Shown piece by piece: positions 58,991 through 64,000 of a stretch of 64,000 nucleotides of DNA (its first letter is position 1; the number at the start of each line of letters is the position of its first letter). The stretch is from assembly GCA_964534625.1 (NCBI GenBank), contig CAZHRF010000003.1, positions 65,486-129,485 of the forward strand, in the 5' to 3' direction. The stretch comes from an uncultured archaeon (GTDB taxonomy: Archaea > Asgardarchaeota > Heimdallarchaeia > Heimdallarchaeales > Heimdallarchaeaceae). Under the pieces are notes generated by a model. The model did no database searches, was not told the origin of the DNA, and saw nothing but the letters and a program-made list of their open reading frames with translations. Position numbers and translations under genes: made by a program.

Positions 58991-60445
58991 ATGAATGATT
59001 CTTCACAATTCAGACAAAGACTCAATTCAAGTATTAGCAAAGTTTATGCGGGTGAGATAGAAAAAGGCTTTAATGAGCTTAAAAACCTATTTGAAACTGC
59101 TTTATCGGAAGAAAACAATCATCAAGCATCACTCATTGCTTTATCTATTGGTACTCTCAAAAGTAACTATGAAGAGCATGAAGAAGCCATAAAATACTTG
59201 AATTTAGCCCTATCACATGCCAAAAAAACAGACGACAAGCAACTAATTTTAAGATGTCTTACTAATCTCGCAAACTTTGTAATACAATTTGATGTAAAAA
59301 TAGCAGCAGAAGTCTACAATGAAGCCCGTTCTATTTCTAGAAAACTTTCTGATAAGAAACAATATGCTATTAATACAGTTCAATACGCAAATTGTCTTCC
59401 ATTAAAAAACACCGATAAAATCCTTTCTTTATATAAAGAAGGCAAAGAATATTTTGAAACCACTAATAATAAGAAATGGTTGGGAACTATTAATTTTAAA
59501 ATTGGAATGGTTTTGCATCATTTGTCTAAATATGGTGAAGCTAAAGAATACTTACTTAAAAGCAAAGACATTCTCCAAAGTTTTCCTGAAATATATAAAA
59601 ATTTGAGAATACAAGAGGTATTAAAAGAAAATCAATTTTTTATGTATAGTGGCAAGGCAAAAGACTATTTTTTAGACTTTCCTCAACGAGAAAAATTGTC
59701 TAATAGTCCTGGAAATCAAGAAATTATTAAAAAATTAATACGCCTTTCTTCTTTTGATAGTAAAAAGCAACTTTCCAAAATGAATATTTCCAATATCTCA
59801 AACATGAATCAACAAGAGATCTATAACATTGTGAGTAAAGCAAGCGAAATACCTTTAGAACCCACGGATGTTAAAGAGAAAGCCGCTCTTACTCTAGAAG
59901 TAGCTGAGGATTTGCTTGAGAAAGGAGATAGGCTCAATGCATATTTTCTTATTGTTGATGCCACTGCTTTCTTTGTGCAAGCTCAAGAAAAAAGAAAGGC
60001 AAAAAAAGCATTAAAAAAACTCCGAAAAATTGCCAAAAAACACCATAAGAGGGAAGAATTAGAGTTATACGCATTAGATTTTTTCGGTTCGTTTGCTGTT
60101 AAAGAGAACCCAAAAAAAACGTTAGAATTTGCTAAAGAAGCCAAGGATCTTGCAAACCAAATAGGCAATAAATACTATGAAGCAAAAGCATTGTTAGCAA
60201 TTGCAGAGGCTCAAGCCCAATTAAACGTGGATAAATCTTTAGGATACTATGAACAAGCTATTTCTTCTTTTGCTATGTTAGAAGATCAATATAACATGCT
60301 AAGAACTTTAGTAAAATATGGTAAGAACCTTCTCTCTAATGATAAAAATAAGGGAAAGGTGATTCTCAAACGAGCAAAGGGTCTTGCAGAAGAAATGCAA
60401 GACATAGAGGTGATCAAGAATATCGATAACAGTCTTAGTAAATGA
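58991..60445 (+). CDS. TPR-repeat protein
   Basis: Multiple 34-aa-like repeats with the A/Y/L pattern (EEAIKYLNLALSHAKK, YGEAKEYLLKSKDIL, YYEAKALLAIAEAQAQL, LGYYEQAISSFAML). The ATG at 58991 is preferred over the GTG at 58979. Confidence 0.7.
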   Translation: MNDSSQFRQRLNSSISKVYAGEIEKGFNELKNLFETALSEENNHQASLIALSIGTLKSNYEEHEEAIKYLNLALSHAKKTDDKQLILRCLTNLANFVIQFDVKIAAEVYNEARSISRKLSDKKQYAINTVQYANCLPLKNTDKILSLYKEGKEYFETTNNKKWLGTINFKIGMVLHHLSKYGEAKEYLLKSKDILQSFPEIYKNLRIQEVLKENQFFMYSGKAKDYFLDFPQREKLSNSPGNQEIIKKLIRLSSFDSKKQLSKMNISNISNMNQQEIYNIVSKASEIPLEPTDVKEKAALTLEVAEDLLEKGDRLNAYFLIVDATAFFVQAQEKRKAKKALKKLRKIAKKHHKREELELYALDFFGSFAVKENPKKTLEFAKEAKDLANQIGNKYYEAKALLAIAEAQAQLNVDKSLGYYEQAISSFAMLEDQYNMLRTLVKYGKNLLSNDKNKGKVILKRAKGLAEEMQDIEVIKNIDNSLSK

Positions 60446-60461
60446 ATAATTAATTAATTAA

Positions 60462-61487
60462 TTAATATCCTTCATCAATATTTACTACATTCAAAAATTC
60501 ACTTTCACCAGTTACAAATCTACTAATATTCTCAATTACTTCATCCCATCGTTTTAAATCACTAAAAGGTGACGCTCCACGGTGGGGAGATAACACAACA
60601 TTTTCTAAATTGTAGAAAGGATAAGCTGAAGGAAATTTATGCCCTTCTTTATCGGGTTCTGGTTGGTATTCATACCACACATCAATAGCTGCACCTGCTA
60701 TTGCTTTATTATCTAATGCTTCATACAAGTCTTTTTCTTTAACAACAGGACCCCTAGCAACATTTACCAACAAACCTTCTTTACCCAGTAGGTTTAGTTC
60801 TTTTTTAGTAATCATATTTTCCGTTTTTGAAGTCAATGGCACTGCTATAATTAGCGTGTCAACGGTCTCAAGAAATAAATGAAGCTCCTCTTCAGAATAT
60901 TTTTTAGCTGGAGTTGGTAGTGAGCTATGCTGTTTGTCCCAATTTTTTCTAAGAATATGAAATTCAACATCAAAACCAGCTAAAAAACGATTTACTTTTT
61001 GATTTATTGCTCCATAACCTAATAATCCCACCTTTCTATTCCTCAAAGGAATAGATGCGGCATCTGAGTCGCCTTTTCTCCACTGTTTGGCAACTAGCCA
61101 ATTATGATGAAGAACAATTTTATTCATTAGAGATAGTAAAAGTGCTACTGCGTGTTGGGCAGTAAAATATGTATTACCATGGCCATTAACTAATACTATT
61201 TTTTCGTTATTTAGCTCTTTATATAAAGGAATTAAATGTTGCACTCCAACTCCAGGATTTATATGTAATCTAAGATTCTCAGCTGTTTCTAGCATTTTTT
61301 TAGTTGGTCGCCAACCAACAATAATATCAGCATCTTTTACTAGATCAATTAACGTTTCTTCGTCTGTTTTTTCTGGAAAAATAAGATCAACATTAGAATG
61401 TTTTTTTAAATTGTTTTCGAGGTAATCCTTTAATTCTTCTCGTGGTTTCCATATAAAAACTACTTTAGTCAATTTTTTCTCTGTCAT
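60462..61487 (-). CDS. D-isomer-specific 2-hydroxyacid dehydrogenase family (glyoxylate/hydroxypyruvate reductase-like)
   Basis: NAD motif VGLLGYGAINQKV, NVARG, and the catalytic region VLSPHRG plus AIDVW. Confidence 0.8.
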   Translation of the reverse strand: MTEKKLTKVVFIWKPREELKDYLENNLKKHSNVDLIFPEKTDEETLIDLVKDADIIVGWRPTKKMLETAENLRLHINPGVGVQHLIPLYKELNNEKIVLVNGHGNTYFTAQHAVALLLSLMNKIVLHHNWLVAKQWRKGDSDAASIPLRNRKVGLLGYGAINQKVNRFLAGFDVEFHILRKNWDKQHSSLPTPAKKYSEEELHLFLETVDTLIIAVPLTSKTENMITKKELNLLGKEGLLVNVARGPVVKEKDLYEALDNKAIAGAAIDVWYEYQPEPDKEGHKFPSAYPFYNLENVVLSPHRGASPFSDLKRWDEVIENISRFVTGESEFLNVVNIDEGY

Positions 61488-61559
61488 TATACCAAGTATT
61501 TATTTAATGCCGTGATTAAAAACTTTAATTATTATGCGAGAAATGCTTAAGAAAAAATT

Positions 61560-61660
61560 TGGCGCCGCCCGCAGGACTTGAACCTGCGACCTTACGGTTT
61601 CTGCATACAATGAAAAATGGTTTTAACAGCCGTATGCTCTACCGACTAAGCTAGGGCGGC
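61560..61660 (-). tRNA. tRNA-Asn (anticodon GUU) with a 25-nt intron at 37/38, 3' CCA encoded
   Basis: Hand fold of the minus strand. Acceptor GCCGCCC/GGGCGGC, D arm GCUU-AGUCGGUA-GAGC, anticodon stem UACGG/CCGUA, loop CUGUUA then the intron, T arm GCAGG-UUCAAGU-CCUGC, discriminator G, then CCA. Confidence 0.85.
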
Positions 61661-61842
61661 TTTTAATTATGAAGCCTATATTTTGCTTTCGTTCTCCCTT
61701 CTGTTCTTTTGTTTTTAAACTTTTTTTTCTTTGTTTGTTCTTTTTGTTTCTTTGAACATTCGAAGACAATTGTTATATTAACAATATACCAAACAAGTAT
61801 TATACAACCAACCAATTAGTATTTAAAGGCTAATATAAAAAA

Positions 61843-62619
61843 ATGGCATATATGATAACAGCTGATTCGGAGTGCAAAACCTCCTATAATGAAGAGCTTT
61901 TTCTCTTCAAACATATTTCTTTTAAAATCAACTCCTCTTTTATCTTAAGGGACATTTCAACAAGTATTCCCTTTAAAGGTATAACTGGCATCATTGGGCC
62001 ATCTGGTGCAGGTAAAAGCACATTTCTTAGGTTGATGAATAAATTAATAACACCCACAGAAGGCAGTATCTATTTTAAAGGAGAGAATTATCAACATATA
62101 AATTCTCGTCAAATTAGAAAAGATGTCGGACTTGTTCAACAAGAAGCCAATTTATTTCCTGGTACAGTCAAATATAATCTCCTTTATGGGCCTAAAATTT
62201 GGGGTTTAGAATATACCGAAAGACAACTTGAAGAGCTACTAAATAAAGTGGCTTTAGATCACCCTTTTCTTTATAGAGAAATATCGACTCTTTCTGGAGG
62301 AGAAAAACAACGTGTTAATGTCGCAAGAAGTTTGGCTAACAATCCTTGTGCTTTACTTCTTGATGAACCCACGAGTTCACTTGATGTTTCTTCAGCAGAA
62401 ATATTAGAAAACACAATTGAGCGCCTTTCAGACAGCGGAATAAAACTAATCATAGTTACTCATAGTTTAGAACAAACAAAGAGATTAACCGATGAACTTA
62501 TTTTCTTAAAGGAAGGAAAACTGATAGAGAGAGTTTCAACCAAAGAATTTTTTGAAAAAAATAATGAAAAAAAGATACGTTCTTTTTTTAAAAAAAGTGA
62601 GGAGGAAGAGGAAAAATGA
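61843..62619 (+). CDS. ABC transporter ATP-binding protein (FetA/YbbL-like)
   Basis: Walker A GPSGAGKST, signature LSGGEKQR, Walker B LLLDEPTSSLD. Overlaps the permease gene by 4 nt. Confidence 0.8.
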   Translation: MAYMITADSECKTSYNEELFLFKHISFKINSSFILRDISTSIPFKGITGIIGPSGAGKSTFLRLMNKLITPTEGSIYFKGENYQHINSRQIRKDVGLVQQEANLFPGTVKYNLLYGPKIWGLEYTERQLEELLNKVALDHPFLYREISTLSGGEKQRVNVARSLANNPCALLLDEPTSSLDVSSAEILENTIERLSDSGIKLIIVTHSLEQTKRLTDELIFLKEGKLIERVSTKEFFEKNNEKKIRSFFKKSEEEEEK

Positions 62620-63533
62620 CAGATATACTTGAAATCTTAGTATCCATTATTGAAACACTTTCCGAACAATCAGTCATTTCAAGAATGATCATATCTTTAA
62701 TTTTGATTGTTATTTTAGTCAGTTTTTCAGCTTGGCAAAAGCTTGACATGGAAAAAATGTTCTTAGTCAGTTTTGCTAGGGGATTTATTCAAATCGTCTT
62801 GATGGGCTCAATTCTTATAATTATCTTTGGACTTGAAAAACTATGGGTACTATATATAGTACTATTAATTATGTGTGCTTTTGCTTCGTATACCACATCT
62901 TCAAGATACAACTATCCTAATATGTTTAAGATATCGATGATAGCAACTACATTCGGAGGATTATCAGTAATGACATTGGCAATATTCTCAGGTATAATTC
63001 CTTATACTAATTATATAACTCTATTTAGGATCGGAAATTGGTACATCAATTTACCCATTAAGACAACAGGCGAGTATGTTGTACCTATGGGATCTATGGT
63101 TTTATCCAATACAATGACAATAGGACAAATTACCATCGAAAGAATGAAATCAGACATAATTAAATCAAAAGGGAAAATAGAAGCAGCTCTCGCTTTGGGA
63201 GACACACCTCGTCATGCAATACAAAATATAGTAAGAGAATCATTTAGAGCGGGGTTGTTACCGACAACAAATCGTGTAGCAATATTGGGTATAGTCAATA
63301 TCCCCGGTTTAATGAGTGGTATGGTCATTGGTGGTGTTAATCCTGTAGAAGCTGCTGTGTATCAAATAATTATTTTTGTACTAATTCTTCTTTCAGCATT
63401 CATAGGGTCACTAATTATAAGTTATCTTTTTCCTAGAGTCTTCTTTACCTCAAAAGATCAATTAAACCTTAAACTTATTCGGGAACTAACGGAGAACCAA
63501 CGAGATAAAAACAGCAGAAATAGAAAAAAGTAA
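62616..63533 (+). CDS. ABC transporter permease, UPF0014/FetB(YbbM)-like
   Basis: Multi-TM protein with GGVNPVEAAVYQIIIF, resembling the G-x-x-P-x-x-A-x-x-YQI block of YbbM/FetB. Coupled to the ATPase. Confidence 0.6.
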   Translation: MTDILEILVSIIETLSEQSVISRMIISLILIVILVSFSAWQKLDMEKMFLVSFARGFIQIVLMGSILIIIFGLEKLWVLYIVLLIMCAFASYTTSSRYNYPNMFKISMIATTFGGLSVMTLAIFSGIIPYTNYITLFRIGNWYINLPIKTTGEYVVPMGSMVLSNTMTIGQITIERMKSDIIKSKGKIEAALALGDTPRHAIQNIVRESFRAGLLPTTNRVAILGIVNIPGLMSGMVIGGVNPVEAAVYQIIIFVLILLSAFIGSLIISYLFPRVFFTSKDQLNLKLIRELTENQRDKNSRNRKK

Positions 63534-63770
63534 TAGAAACGAGTGGTTCTTTTTTCTTTACTAGACTAATTTCTTGAAAGCCCCGTCCTTTAGGGTGGGG
63601 TAGTTCATCATTCTCTCCCAATTATGAAACTATGATTAGTTTTATTTGAGTAAATTAAGAAAGTTAGAATGAGATAAGAGTATAGCAATAACTAGTTTAG
63701 ATGAATGTTTACAATTAATACTTTGACAAAAAGGAATTCTTATATTATCTAACAAGTAATACAAACCATT

Positions 63771-64000
63771 ATGGAATACAAAAGATTAGGTACAACAGGT
63801 ATCAAAATCTCGTCAATTGTCCTTGGTACAATGCAGTTTGGTTGGAGAATTGATGAAGACCAATCATTCAAAGTGATGGATCGTGCTTTAGAGCTAGGTA
63901 TTAATTGTTTTGATACTGCTGATATTTATAGCTATTGGGCAGATAATAGTTATCCGGGGAAAACTGAAGAAATAATTGGTCGCTGGCTTAATGACCGCGA
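63771..64000 (+). CDS. Aldo/keto reductase (5' partial, runs off the window)
   Basis: MEYKRLGTTGIKISSIVLGTMQFGW...MDRALELGINCFDTADIYS is the canonical AKR N-terminus. Confidence 0.8.
   Translation, partial: MEYKRLGTTGIKISSIVLGTMQFGWRIDEDQSFKVMDRALELGINCFDTADIYSYWADNSYPGKTEEIIGRWLNDR

Noticed and set aside
63581-63600. Isolated GC-rich hairpin CCCCGUCC-UUUA-GGGUGGGG downstream of the FetB-like gene
   Set aside because: The structure is real (8 bp including G-U pairs), but it is only 20 nt with no flanking conservation visible. It is most simply a transcript-end stabilising hairpin near the T-run at 63548-63556, and there is not enough to call an RNA gene.

Overview
AT-rich (about 30% G+C by eye, not computed) archaeal chromosomal segment with dense coding on both strands. 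The informational genes are archaeal: Hjc, Pelota, archaeal DnaG, L40e, aEF-1beta, Pth2, TruD/Pus7 and TrmI, plus two tRNAs with introns in the anticodon loop. A canonical Rab/Ras-like small GTPase and an Arf-like protein are also present, so an Asgard (Loki-like) origin is my inference; it is not proven.

Main blocks:
- 94-10225: a [NiFe]-hydrogenase maturation set (hypE, hypF, hycI-like protease, hypD, hypC) followed by a four-gene group-4-type hydrogenase catalytic module (NuoC-like, large subunit, 2x[4Fe-4S] subunit, NuoB-like small subunit). No membrane subunits are adjacent. An SRP (7S) RNA gene lies antisense inside the hyp cluster.
- 10240-18103: housekeeping genes, including a TtuA/NcsA-like tRNA thiolase, an S2P protease, a radical SAM protein, pelota, hjc, a RimI-like acetyltransferase and NfnAB-like oxidoreductase subunits.
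- 18282-24798: a coiled-coil/wHTH protein, a solitary C5 methyltransferase, tRNA-Val(CAC), a GC-rich structured RNA that I read as a divergent RNase P RNA, a perfect 5 x 17 bp tandem repeat, and dnaG.
- 24927-41500: translation and RNA-modification genes, several very long coiled-coil proteins, predicted surface proteins and tRNA-Arg(UCG).
- 41504-50741: a decayed IS607-type serine recombinase, membrane and transport genes, and uvrC-uvrB.
- 50830-56757: the most interesting locus. It is a translationally coupled five-gene cassette on the minus strand: an Arf-like protein that has lost every nucleotide-binding motif, a MoxR/ChlI-type AAA+ protein with atypical Walker motifs, a vWA protein with an intact MIDAS, a 517-aa unknown and a HEAT-repeat protein.
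- 56908-64000: a Nudix hydrolase, intron-bearing tRNA-Val(GAC), the Rab-like GTPase with a TPR protein, a 2-hydroxyacid dehydrogenase, intron-bearing tRNA-Asn(GUU), FetAB-like ABC transporter genes and a partial aldo/keto reductase.

All calls rest on reading the sequence and the ORF translations against remembered family motifs. No database search or RNA covariance model was run, and RNA boundaries are approximate.
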